From positions 285,661 through 349,660 of IMG/VR virus record IMGVR_UViG_3300045996_002337: 64,000 nt of DNA; one strand, 5' to 3'. The notes under the pieces were generated by a model. The model made no database searches. It worked only from the letters and a program-made list of their open reading frames with translations, and was not told where the DNA came from. Shown in pieces: positions 25,583 to 34,413 of this stretch. The first letter of the stretch is position 1. The number at the start of each line of letters is the position of its first letter. Made by a program: the position numbers and the translations under genes.

Positions 25583-28500
25583 TTAGGATACGCCGTGCGC
25601 GATGTGACTGATTCTGACTCTGCTTGAATCCGCACCAGGGTACGAGAACAGGCCAACATATCCGCCAGTGATTGGATCTGCATCTGTGTAATCAATGATC
25701 GGTGTTGCGGAACCATTGATGTACGCCCTGATTCTACCGTAATAACTCGTCATGCGAAGAGTCATGTCTGTGGTGAGCAGGTCTACGTTGTGAGCAAGTG
25801 GGCCAACAGCCGGCTCTCCAAAATTGTCCGCGCGGTAGAGACGCAGCTGGGTGTCACGAATTTCAATCTTGTATCCAGTTGTAGACACACCTGTCGTGTG
25901 AATCATAATCGTCAAGTGGTTGCCACCCGGTCCAATGTTTGCTGGCGCAGCAAGCGTAACTTCAAACGCTTGATTGTTTCCTCCGGACGTTGTGAGCCAG
26001 ATAGGACCGGTGTTATAGCCCTCCGTTGTGCCGTTACGAAGCATGTTGTCGACGATGACATAGTTGCTTGTAATGCCGTCCCAGTTAGGATCAATCATCT
26101 CAATTGACGTGTCATTGGCGGCGGTCAAGTTCACAACGTTTGTTGGAATAGGCTCAAAAACCGGCTCAGAAATTGTTGCGTTGTTTGAGAATGCAACAAT
26201 CGGCCCACCCTCGCTATTCGAAGCTGAAACGCGAAGGCGCCAAACGCCCGCCGGTGAAAGCAACGCGCTCCTCGTTGTGAACGCCGTGTCAGTCCATGAT
26301 GCGGCGACGTCACGCTGCCACATGTATGTGAATGTCGGTGTTGGGTTTGCAGACCATGATCCGCGATTACCAACGCTAAGAACGTCCGTCCGTCCATTGG
26401 TGATAGACGGTGCAACTAGGTTCACTGGGGCAGAAATTGGTGCAACTGTTAGCGCGTTTGAGAGGGCGGCTGCAAAGCCGTTGGCATTCGCTGCCATTTC
26501 ACGCCAACGATACATAGTGCCGTTCGTGATGCCACCAGGAATTACATACGTTTCAGAGCTCGCGCCGGTGATGTCAGTCCATGAAGAACCGGAGTTTGTA
26601 GAAATTTGCCATTTACCCGTGACTGTTGCCACAGGCGTCGAATCGTACGTACCCGCAGTACGCGTGAGTGTGCCACCGGGCGAAACTAGACCTCCAATTT
26701 CTGGATCTGTAAGCTTCGTCGGTGGGTATGTGCCAGCGGTTGGAACTGCCCATGAAGGTAGCCCAATCATAAGCTGCGGGTACGGCATGCCTGAATTGTG
26801 GAAATCACTACCAAAGAGAATACGTGTCAGATCACGGTTTGCGGTCGCAAATGGTGTTGCCCAATATTCACCGCTGTCTGTTCTATGGTGAACGAGTCGG
26901 TATGCACGGGGTGATTCAGTAGTGAGCTCAATCAGCATGATCGTGCCGTTGCGCCAGGAAGCAGGTGTACCACCAGCGTTGTAGCTGATAAGCGCCCAAC
27001 CCGGCTTTCCATAATGGCATCCGCTAAAGTGCATGGCGTTGTTGCCGCCCGGAGCATACGCGCTCAGACCCTCATAGATGTAAGGAACGCCCGTTTCAAT
27101 GTCGCGGAAGTATAGATCACCGTCTAGCATGTCCATAAATGGACTGTAAGATGCGCTAACCCAAACATCTCTACCATTCACATCGACTGCCAAGTCTCCG
27201 TGCTGGCCACTTTGGTCAAGAACCGTAAAGACGCTGCCAGAGATAGCGTCAATTGGATATGCTCTGGTGCCGGCAAACTGTGTGATATCGCGGCCCGCTT
27301 CCAGCTCCATTGTGTTGCCCGCGATGCCGCCCTTACCACCAAGTACAGCCCATGCACCGCTGTGGCTAACACCAGCCCAGTCAATTGCACGGTTAGTAAC
27401 GACGTAGTCAAGGATGGTATCTGTCTCGCGGTCATAGGTAATTACGCCAATGTAAGAATCATCCGAGCCGCGGGCCTGCAGGCACCAAAAGCGACCATCC
27501 GCGGATGGTCGACCCTCACCACCCATGTTTAGACGTGTGGCATTTTGAAAACCTGGTGGCATGCGTCCTTCAAATGAGAACAGCGGTGAGATTTCACCTG
27601 TTCTAATATCAATCTCTTGGAAGAACAGATTCAAGCCACGGTTGTTGAACCAAAACTTGTGTGGATCCGTAGGGTGCCAAACAATTTCAGCATCAGCGGC
27701 GACAGTTGGCATGCGTCCGTTCACCCCACCTGGTACGTCAATGTGCGCGAAGGTGTTGGCGTCGTAGAGGTGCCACCAGCTGTTTTGCGCAGTTGCAACA
27801 AATCTAGTTGAATCACAGTTGAAACATTGACGCTTCGAGTAGTCGTTTCGAATGTAGCCAACGGTGTCAGCGGTGTCAGTTACATCCGTGACCATGAATA
27901 CCTTGGTGCCAAATGCCGGATCTGTGTACTTGAAATCCGATGTGCTCGTTGATTTAACTGTAGGTTTAACCAAGACCTCGCGCGTGATTACATCTTGCGT
28001 TGAGTTCAGCGCAAAAGTTTCTTCATAGATGCTGTCAAAGGTGGTTGCCGAACCATTCGCCGCCAGGGTCGGAAGCACTGTGATAGTGATCGTGGAGCTT
28101 GCTTGCCCAACGCCATCAGTGATGGAATATGGAAATGAGAATGTGCCGCTATAGCCCGGTGTCGGCGTAAACGTAAGTACGTTATTTGCGCCGATAGTCA
28201 CCGTTCCGTTTGGCACGTTGATAACATTACCCTCAACTGGTGCTTCACCGTTGACTTCATAAAGCGTGAGAACATCGGCGTCAGGATCAACGTCGTTTAG
28301 AATTGGTGAAAAGGTAACCGGCGAATTAAAGGATGCCGTCACCGAATCAGTGGATGCGGTAGGCGCATCCTGCACCGGAGTGATTGTGATTGATAGCGTT
28401 GTTTGGTTCACCGCGTCGCCATTGGTCGCCTGATACGTGACCAATGGAACGTTGCCGCGGTAGTTCGGCGCCGGTGAAAACGTCCAAGCGCCCGTCGCCA

Positions 28501-28774
28501 AAATTCGAAGACTACCGACACCGGTAATAGTTGCAAGCGCGCCAGCGGCGAAGATGCCAACAACTCCAGCAACTGTGAATTGACTAACAACGAGATTACC
28601 AACCGCGGTAAAGTCGTTTGTTAGCACGTTGCCAGTAAGGACTTGATCTTCAGGTCCAGTTACTGCATCGGCGACCAGGGTAATTTGATCACCAGGAAGG
28701 TGGTTAACGTCCAGTACGGTGATATCACCGAATTGAATTTTACCCTCCCGGTTGTTGAATCTAAATCCGCTCAT
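25583..28774 (-). CDS. Large adhesin-like virion protein with the same architecture as 22210..25518; paralog 3
   Basis: Near-identical N-terminus M(S/P)GFRFNNREGKI, EDQVLTGNVLTND, RNDYSKRQCFN, WHPTDP, GEGRPSADGRFW. Confidence 0.7.
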   Translation of the reverse strand: MSGFRFNNREGKIQFGDITVLDVNHLPGDQITLVADAVTGPEDQVLTGNVLTNDFTAVGNLVVSQFTVAGVVGIFAAGALATITGVGSLRILATGAWTFSPAPNYRGNVPLVTYQATNGDAVNQTTLSITITPVQDAPTASTDSVTASFNSPVTFSPILNDVDPDADVLTLYEVNGEAPVEGNVINVPNGTVTIGANNVLTFTPTPGYSGTFSFPYSITDGVGQASSTITITVLPTLAANGSATTFDSIYEETFALNSTQDVITREVLVKPTVKSTSTSDFKYTDPAFGTKVFMVTDVTDTADTVGYIRNDYSKRQCFNCDSTRFVATAQNSWWHLYDANTFAHIDVPGGVNGRMPTVAADAEIVWHPTDPHKFWFNNRGLNLFFQEIDIRTGEISPLFSFEGRMPPGFQNATRLNMGGEGRPSADGRFWCLQARGSDDSYIGVITYDRETDTILDYVVTNRAIDWAGVSHSGAWAVLGGKGGIAGNTMELEAGRDITQFAGTRAYPIDAISGSVFTVLDQSGQHGDLAVDVNGRDVWVSASYSPFMDMLDGDLYFRDIETGVPYIYEGLSAYAPGGNNAMHFSGCHYGKPGWALISYNAGGTPASWRNGTIMLIELTTESPRAYRLVHHRTDSGEYWATPFATANRDLTRILFGSDFHNSGMPYPQLMIGLPSWAVPTAGTYPPTKLTDPEIGGLVSPGGTLTRTAGTYDSTPVATVTGKWQISTNSGSSWTDITGASSETYVIPGGITNGTMYRWREMAANANGFAAALSNALTVAPISAPVNLVAPSITNGRTDVLSVGNRGSWSANPTPTFTYMWQRDVAASWTDTAFTTRSALLSPAGVWRLRVSASNSEGGPIVAFSNNATISEPVFEPIPTNVVNLTAANDTSIEMIDPNWDGITSNYVIVDNMLRNGTTEGYNTGPIWLTTSGGNNQAFEVTLAAPANIGPGGNHLTIMIHTTGVSTTGYKIEIRDTQLRLYRADNFGEPAVGPLAHNVDLLTTDMTLRMTSYYGRIRAYINGSATPIIDYTDADPITGGYVGLFSYPGADSSRVRISHIAHGVS

Positions 28775-28798
28775 TTTTATCCTTCAGGTATGGTAACG

Positions 28799-31700
28799 TT
28801 ACGCAACAAGAGCCACTGCAGTCCAACCAATTGTTTTGCCCAATTCGCCGGTCACCTGAAGTACAACTGAATCTACTCCTTCTAGGGGAGTTACCGTCCA
28901 TGTATCAGAAGCAACTTCTTTAATTTCATCTGTTTGTGAAGTGGCAGAAATAATTGTAACCGTGCCACCGACATTTTTTGCTGCAAAGAAAATTCTGGCT
29001 GAGTATGCCGCACCGCTTGCAAGTTCAAATCCATTAACTTGCGCGGTGACACTAACGACCCTGTTCAGTGGCACGTCAAATGTGAGTGCTGTTGTGGGGG
29101 TCGCATCGCCGGTTGAGGCCGTTCCTGTCTTGACGGGATTATTAATCCATGTCGTGGCAAAATCGCTGTCCGTCTGTTTAACCAAGAGTTGACCAGTAGA
29201 CCCGCCAGCAGCAATACCTGGACCCGGTGGACCCTCTTCACCATCTGCACCAGCAGGACCTTGGATACCCTGAATGCCTTGGATACCCTGAATACCTTGA
29301 GGACCTGGATCGCCCTGTTCACCTTGGATACCTGGGATACCCTGAGGACCTTGCTCACCCTGTGGGCCAGTGATACCAGTAGATGCAATCCATGAAACAC
29401 CGTTAAACAGCAGAAGCGAGTTAGTTTCGGGTGATGGGACAGAAACATCAGTGAGGGCATCAAGTGTTGTTGCGCCTCCACCCCCAGAACCACCAGTTGG
29501 TGCCGCTGCGATCCACAGACCATTGTCGTATGTCAGAACGTGGCCATTTGCCGGAGTCGTTGTGAACACAACGTCATCAAGATCCACCAGATCAAGGGCG
29601 CCACCGCCTTGGGCCGCTTGAGCGACCCATGAAGTACCATTAAATGTGAGAACATCACCGAAGGTTGGGCCTACGATGCTAACATCAGTGAGCTCAGTGA
29701 GAGCATCTGGTACAGTTCGCGCGATCCATTGTCCGCCGGTATAACCGAGAAAGTTACCTTCCGCTGGTGCACCGACCGCGACGTCAGTAAGATCATTTAG
29801 CGTCTGAGCTACAATTCCTGGAACCCATGTTCCATTGTTGAAAACCAGCGCGGCACCATTTGTAGGAGCTGTCGTGGTTAGGTCAACGTCCTGCAGAGTT
29901 TCGAGGTAAAAATCTGGAAGCGGGGTGGCGGCCCAGCCTGCTTCACCATAGGCCAGGAAGGATCCAGGGCCTGGATTCGGAGCAAAGACGTCTGACAGAT
30001 CATCAAGCGACGAAGGAACAGAAACTTCAATGTGACCAGGTTCAAGTTCATTTACGACGGGGCCGGTGAACGAAAGTGTGTGCGTTGTGACAGGTGTCGC
30101 ATCATCCAGAAGAACTGTAAGACCGGCACCGCCCACCCATGAGGTGCCGTTAAATCTAAGCACGTCGCCTAGTGCAGGAGCTGAAGCATCTACGTCTGAC
30201 AGCTCATCAAGCGCCAGCGTAAATCCAGTGTTCAGCTTACCATCTAGAGCCCCTTGAAGTCCAGTGACATCTGCAATGATGTGAGTATGGGTAGTTAGCG
30301 CACGCCCATCAAGTTCACTCTGAAGATTGATAACTTCATCGATGGCATGGGTGTGACCGACGTTCGACTTACCAGCGAGAACCTGGGTAAGTGAATCACC
30401 TGTCGCAATATCACTGAGGGCCGTTTGATCTACAGAGACAAAGATCCGATCAAATGCCAACAGGCCAGTGTCACGATCAAATTTGTCGTTCAGCGCGTCC
30501 TGAAGTCCAGTTACCTCAGGGATGACGTGGTCATGATTGATAAGCGCGTAACGATCATCATGGTTGTGATTGACGAGCGCGTAGCGATCATCAAAGTTTG
30601 CATCTACATCCAACTTTCCATCAAGCAGGCCCTGTAAATCAGTGATGTCGGCCGCTGCGTGGGTGTGGCCGACATTGGACTTGCCTGTTTGGAGCGCCGA
30701 GATCAGGCCGTTGATCGTCGTGATCTGGCCAGGCACCGCTGCCACTGTAACGGCTTGGGCAGTGGTCATGTGGCCAGGTCCGGTGGCGGTTGCCGGTGGC
30801 ATGGAAATTGTTACAACACGCTCACCAATGCCGTTCAACGAATCTGTCGTTTGGACTGGCACTGAACCGGAAATAATGACGGCTTCGGCCTCGGCGGAAT
30901 AAACTTGTGGCTGTGTCTCAGCGTCGACATCAAAGACGATGGTGTTTCTGTTCTTGATGAAACCTACACGATAGGCAAGTAGACCACCAGGGCGAGATGT
31001 GGTAAGCTGGCCAGCGCTATTCGAGTACACGGCCTTACCAATGTGGCCAGACCAATCCCACTGGTCATACGTAATGTCACCACTTTGGGTTAGTACGCCA
31101 ATCTCGTTGGTTGAGAGCGCCTCTTGAATAACACCAACTGGGGTGCGTTCAAACAGGAGCGCAGGGTCTGAGCTAGCAAGCGAAACCGTATCTTCGCCTG
31201 AAAAGTAGACGAGCGACATTGCCGGAATGTTCTCGCCCGCCCGAACCGGGATAAAGGCATTTGGTGGAACAGCAAGAACGCCGGCGGTACCGACAGTTGT
31301 GCGAATTCTAACTGGAGTATCCGTGGTTAGAAATTCACCAACAGACGTACGCAGCGGACGAAGTTGCGAATCGACCATGATAAAGCCAGGATTCGAGGGC
31401 GCATTAACCCAGACCTGAGATCCAGCTGTACGAGGGAAGATCTGGCCCGCGCTACCGTTTTCAACTCGACCAGCAAACACACGAACGCGATCAATCCACT
31501 TGTTCGAAGATGTTCTCCAAACCCGCATCTTGTTTGTGTTAAGATCAAACCAGTGGAGATCATTCACCGGTGAGGTCGGTTCAACTGATGAGGTGACTGG
31601 CTCGACGGTCGTAATGCCATAAGAAACCGCCGCGGTTAGAAGGTCAATGTCCCAGTAGAGATAGTTGTCCTTGTTGGCAATGAGCGGACCCCAAGCATTC

Positions 31701-31882
31701 GGCACCGTTACATCAAACACCTGCAGGTAATCAGAACCGCCATGGGCAAAGGCTACGGTGGTGGGCGTTGGTGCTACGTTTAGAGAAACATAGCCCGATG
31801 TCGAAGAGGGCAAAAGGAACTGTGGCAGTCCGTTGACGTCTTTTTGATATGATACGAGGCCCTGACGAAAAGTGATTCTCAT
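28799..31882 (-). CDS. Long tail fibre protein with HxH repeats, LxDLxDV repeats and collagen segment
   Basis: HTHAAADITDL, HTHAIDEV, HTHIIADV; multiple LDDLSDV-type repeats; ~17 Gly-X-Y triplets. Confidence 0.8.
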   Translation of the reverse strand: MRITFRQGLVSYQKDVNGLPQFLLPSSTSGYVSLNVAPTPTTVAFAHGGSDYLQVFDVTVPNAWGPLIANKDNYLYWDIDLLTAAVSYGITTVEPVTSSVEPTSPVNDLHWFDLNTNKMRVWRTSSNKWIDRVRVFAGRVENGSAGQIFPRTAGSQVWVNAPSNPGFIMVDSQLRPLRTSVGEFLTTDTPVRIRTTVGTAGVLAVPPNAFIPVRAGENIPAMSLVYFSGEDTVSLASSDPALLFERTPVGVIQEALSTNEIGVLTQSGDITYDQWDWSGHIGKAVYSNSAGQLTTSRPGGLLAYRVGFIKNRNTIVFDVDAETQPQVYSAEAEAVIISGSVPVQTTDSLNGIGERVVTISMPPATATGPGHMTTAQAVTVAAVPGQITTINGLISALQTGKSNVGHTHAAADITDLQGLLDGKLDVDANFDDRYALVNHNHDDRYALINHDHVIPEVTGLQDALNDKFDRDTGLLAFDRIFVSVDQTALSDIATGDSLTQVLAGKSNVGHTHAIDEVINLQSELDGRALTTHTHIIADVTGLQGALDGKLNTGFTLALDELSDVDASAPALGDVLRFNGTSWVGGAGLTVLLDDATPVTTHTLSFTGPVVNELEPGHIEVSVPSSLDDLSDVFAPNPGPGSFLAYGEAGWAATPLPDFYLETLQDVDLTTTAPTNGAALVFNNGTWVPGIVAQTLNDLTDVAVGAPAEGNFLGYTGGQWIARTVPDALTELTDVSIVGPTFGDVLTFNGTSWVAQAAQGGGALDLVDLDDVVFTTTPANGHVLTYDNGLWIAAAPTGGSGGGGATTLDALTDVSVPSPETNSLLLFNGVSWIASTGITGPQGEQGPQGIPGIQGEQGDPGPQGIQGIQGIQGIQGPAGADGEEGPPGPGIAAGGSTGQLLVKQTDSDFATTWINNPVKTGTASTGDATPTTALTFDVPLNRVVSVTAQVNGFELASGAAYSARIFFAAKNVGGTVTIISATSQTDEIKEVASDTWTVTPLEGVDSVVLQVTGELGKTIGWTAVALVA
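29219..29372 (-). repeat. Collagen-like (Gly-X-Y)n repeat
   Basis: GPQGEQGPQGIPGIQGEQGDPGPQGIQGIQGIQGIQGPAGADGEEGPPGPG. Confidence 0.9.
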
Positions 31883-31907
31883 GTCTAATCCTGTGTTTGC
31901 GTACTGC

Positions 31908-31913
31908 TATTTA
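31908..31913 (-). promoter_or_regulatory. Late promoter TAAATA
   Basis: 26 nt upstream of the long fibre ATG; hairpin 31924-31946 just upstream. Confidence 0.65.
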
Positions 31914-31975
31914 GGGAAAGTGGCGCGGCCCTGTAGAAGGGCCGCGACTCCGCTGTCATCAAGTGACATGATGAC

Positions 31976-32518
31976 TTAATCTTGGCCTTTTTTGACAGTC
32001 TTCTGTTCAAAGATGGAGACGTCTGGAGTTTCCGTGGTTGTCACGGTCGTTTCATAGATCGACCCATCAGTTGCCTGGCCTGAAGCATCCTTGATAGAGG
32101 TTTCATTGTAGTTGTACTTAGCAGCGATAAACTTGCTGAAGCCTTCAATAGAACCCATGTAGATCAAATAAATGCTAAAGATTTCAGAGGTGAGCGTGCC
32201 GGCAAGCCCAGTCTTGACAATAACCCAGGTTGAAGCGATGCCAGCCACGAACTGCAGCACCTTGGTCGATGACACTTTTCGACCATCCTTGGTAAACATG
32301 TCAGCAAAATCTAGGCGTGCAGAGGTTTGGATCCGGTAAAACATGACCAGAATGCCAATGATGATGCCGAGGATCAGGATGGTCATCAGGTTGAACTGAT
32401 AACCAAAGGCGGTAATTAGGAAGGCGTTGGTGTTTACTGCGTCACTGATTGCGGCGTTTGTGACGATGGCCTCAGCCACTTTTTCTGCGGCTTGTGCTAC
32501 TTGTTCTGTTGTTTCCAT
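31976..32518 (-). CDS. Membrane protein, holin candidate
   Basis: 3 predicted TM segments; late promoter at 32547-32552; start METTEQ. Holin function is inference. Confidence 0.5.
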   Translation of the reverse strand: METTEQVAQAAEKVAEAIVTNAAISDAVNTNAFLITAFGYQFNLMTILILGIIIGILVMFYRIQTSARLDFADMFTKDGRKVSSTKVLQFVAGIASTWVIVKTGLAGTLTSEIFSIYLIYMGSIEGFSKFIAAKYNYNETSIKDASGQATDGSIYETTVTTTETPDVSIFEQKTVKKGQD

Positions 32519-32574
32519 TTGGGGGCTTTCTGATGAGTGGACCTGATATTTATGAGGTCCACGCCCCGGGCAAC

Positions 32575-32595
32575 AAAAAGCCGCCCGAAGGCGGC
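32575..32595 (-). terminator. Intrinsic terminator with UUCG tetraloop
   Basis: GCCGCC-TTCG-GGCGGC-TTTTT on minus strand. Confidence 0.85.
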
Positions 32596-32633
32596 GGCTA
32601 TCTAGCAACTAATGCTATAATTGTTGCGCGCGT

Positions 32634-32948
32634 TTAGTCTTGAGTCCAATCATTGCTGAGGTAAGCGGTCTTGACACCAACTTTTGCGCGGTCGAGAGTT
32701 CCATCAGGATGGACCCAAGCCACACATTCGTTTGCGTACAACGAGATTGCAACCTTACCAGCAGTGGTGTTCCACACGATCTTGTTTGCTTTCCAGCCGA
32801 ACTTTGCGGCTTTGGTCAGCGTTTCGATCTGCTTGTCAGTGACATAGAGGGTGAACATCTGCAGGTACGCATGGTTGCGGCCGAAGTCCATATCGACAAC
32901 ACCGAGGGACTTGAGGAGCGGCTTGGTGATGAGGGTGTTTTGTTGCAT
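32634..32948 (-). CDS. Hypothetical protein
   Basis: Likely start MQQNTL 6 nt after TATAAT; promoter GTGTAC-N18-TATAAT at 32955-32984. Confidence 0.6.
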   Translation of the reverse strand: MQQNTLITKPLLKSLGVVDMDFGRNHAYLQMFTLYVTDKQIETLTKAAKFGWKANKIVWNTTAGKVAISLYANECVAWVHPDGTLDRAKVGVKTAYLSNDWTQD

Positions 32949-32988
32949 GAATGTATTATACACTTGATTTCAGGTCAAGTACACAATT

Positions 32989-33240
32989 TCATTCAGCAGC
33001 ATCACGTTCCTCATGACGAAGCTTCTTCATGTACTTCTCGGTCGAGACCTTCCAGCTCACCATCTGCGCGAGGGTTGCCTTCTCTTCAGCCAGCCGCATT
33101 TCGTAGCTCGAAGCGATATCGTAGATGTGACCAAACGCGCGGAGATTTTTCTCCGCCTCGGTGACGTTGACACGCTGAGCCTTGATCTGCTCTTCCATCC
33201 ACTTCACGACGTCCTTGACGCCTTCAGATTTGGTGTTCAT
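32989..33240 (-). CDS. Coiled-coil hypothetical protein
   Basis: 83 aa; AAGGA SD. Confidence 0.55.
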   Translation of the reverse strand: MNTKSEGVKDVVKWMEEQIKAQRVNVTEAEKNLRAFGHIYDIASSYEMRLAEEKATLAQMVSWKVSTEKYMKKLRHEERDAAE

Positions 33241-33302
33241 GATCAGACGTTTCCTTGGCTCATGAGTTCATCCTGAAGTTGTTAGATGTATTTTAACACA
33301 GG

Positions 33303-33773
33303 TCACTTAGGAATGACACTGTATTTTCCATCTCTTTCAACTCGCATCTCTTTAACTTCATCCACTCCGGTTAAGCCGTTCTTGCGAATCTCGCTGAGGA
33401 GGTCATCTTCCTTCAGGTGCTCTCGACGCAGGTTTCGCTGGATGAATTTACCGTTCTTAACGAGCAGCACCTCCGGTGGCTCATTTAACCAATCGAAGAA
33501 CTTGAACTTCAAGGAGAGACGGTCTACGATAAAGTTCCAGAAGAATAGGGTGCCGACCACTATGATGCCTGATGTGATGCTCTCGTATTGGTCCGTCATT
33601 CCATTTGACGCCGCATCCGCCACCAGAACCAGCAGCAGTACGTCAGCCGCACCAACTTCCCCTAAGGCCCGCTTTAGAATGAAGCGCATGGTTAGCACAA
33701 TGAACCAATACATGCACGTCACTCTAATGAAAAGCTCTAGCGGGTTTTTATCAAGCTCAAAAATCTCCATCAT
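33303..33773 (-). CDS. DUF421 (YetF/YcaP-like) membrane protein
   Basis: KRALGEVGAADVLLLVLVADA, EPPEVLLVKNGKF...NLRREHL..DDLLSEIRKNG...EV....ERDGK.SVIPK. Confidence 0.8.
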   Translation of the reverse strand: MMEIFELDKNPLELFIRVTCMYWFIVLTMRFILKRALGEVGAADVLLLVLVADAASNGMTDQYESITSGIIVVGTLFFWNFIVDRLSLKFKFFDWLNEPPEVLLVKNGKFIQRNLRREHLKEDDLLSEIRKNGLTGVDEVKEMRVERDGKYSVIPK

Positions 33774-34185
33774 CTAGCACCTCAGCGTATTCGTTGCAGA
33801 ACGTAAGGGCGAAGTTGGGCAAAGACAGACCACTTAGGCTTTCCTTACCCTTCACCAACGTAACGTGTGGATTGTATTTAGGAAAGTCATGTGTCCCACC
33901 TGCTTGAATGAACTGATCGTGTCGCCTCTGAAGATCTTCACTTTCAAGAACCAGCACCAAACAATTACCATCAAACGTATCAAACTTTAATGGTGTGGCG
34001 TGATAATCTACGTCCTTCTTTGGCGAAACTGAAATTGAGTTTCGCGAATACAGCAGCGTGACATGAAGGTCGTCGACTAGCTGGATGCCGCTATCCAAGG
34101 CCCACTCTTGGAGTAGAGCCTTGGTAGCAAGATTGGGAACTGCGGCAACGTATGTGCCAGTTCCTAAAATCTCCTTAAGCAGCAA
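33757..34185 (-). CDS. acb1: 2H phosphodiesterase, anti-CBASS Acb1 (T4 gp57B)-like
   Basis: TYVAA, LHVTLLYSR, CLVLVLESEDLQRRH, GGTHDFPKYNPHVTL, EYAEVL parallel the T4 Acb1 sequence as I recall it. Confidence 0.82.
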   Translation of the reverse strand: MLLKEILGTGTYVAAVPNLATKALLQEWALDSGIQLVDDLHVTLLYSRNSISVSPKKDVDYHATPLKFDTFDGNCLVLVLESEDLQRRHDQFIQAGGTHDFPKYNPHVTLVKGKESLSGLSLPNFALTFCNEYAEVLDDGDF

Positions 34186-34396
34186 GCTGGGCCTTCAATT
34201 CCATGAAGCCCCCAATCAACTGATCGCCCTTCATGATCTGTGGCATGGTGCGGGCGGTCGGGATCTTCGCTAGGAGTTCATCTCGGCTGATGCCTTCACC
34301 GAGCTTGACGGTTTGAAATGGGAGGCCCTTTGACTGCAGCAGGCTTTTCGCCTGCTCACAGTACGTGCAATTGTCTTTTGTGTAAACTGTGAACAT
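34175..34396 (-). CDS. Glutaredoxin
   Basis: VYTKDNCTYC, ARTMPQI, IGGF; next to nrdB. Confidence 0.92.
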   Translation of the reverse strand: MFTVYTKDNCTYCEQAKSLLQSKGLPFQTVKLGEGISRDELLAKIPTARTMPQIMKGDQLIGGFMELKAQLAA

Positions 34397-34413
34397 TTTT
34401 CTCCTTAGAAGGG

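Noticed and set aside
26064-26891. 275-aa plus-strand ORF
   Set aside because: Antisense to the Thr/Ala/Gly-rich Ig region of paralog 3; low-complexity mirror translation
16642-28774. Diversity-generating retroelement or invertase-based fibre switching
   Set aside because: No reverse transcriptase, no near-identical TR/VR pair with adenine-specific mismatches, and no recombinase or inverted flanks; paralogs are ancient duplicates
32966-32980. TTGACC as the -35 of the 32948 gene
   Set aside because: Spacing to TATAAT is only 12 nt; GTGTAC/TGTACT at N17-18 fits the family instead. The ACTTGA-N7-TCAAGT inverted repeat there occurs only once, so it is not called an operator
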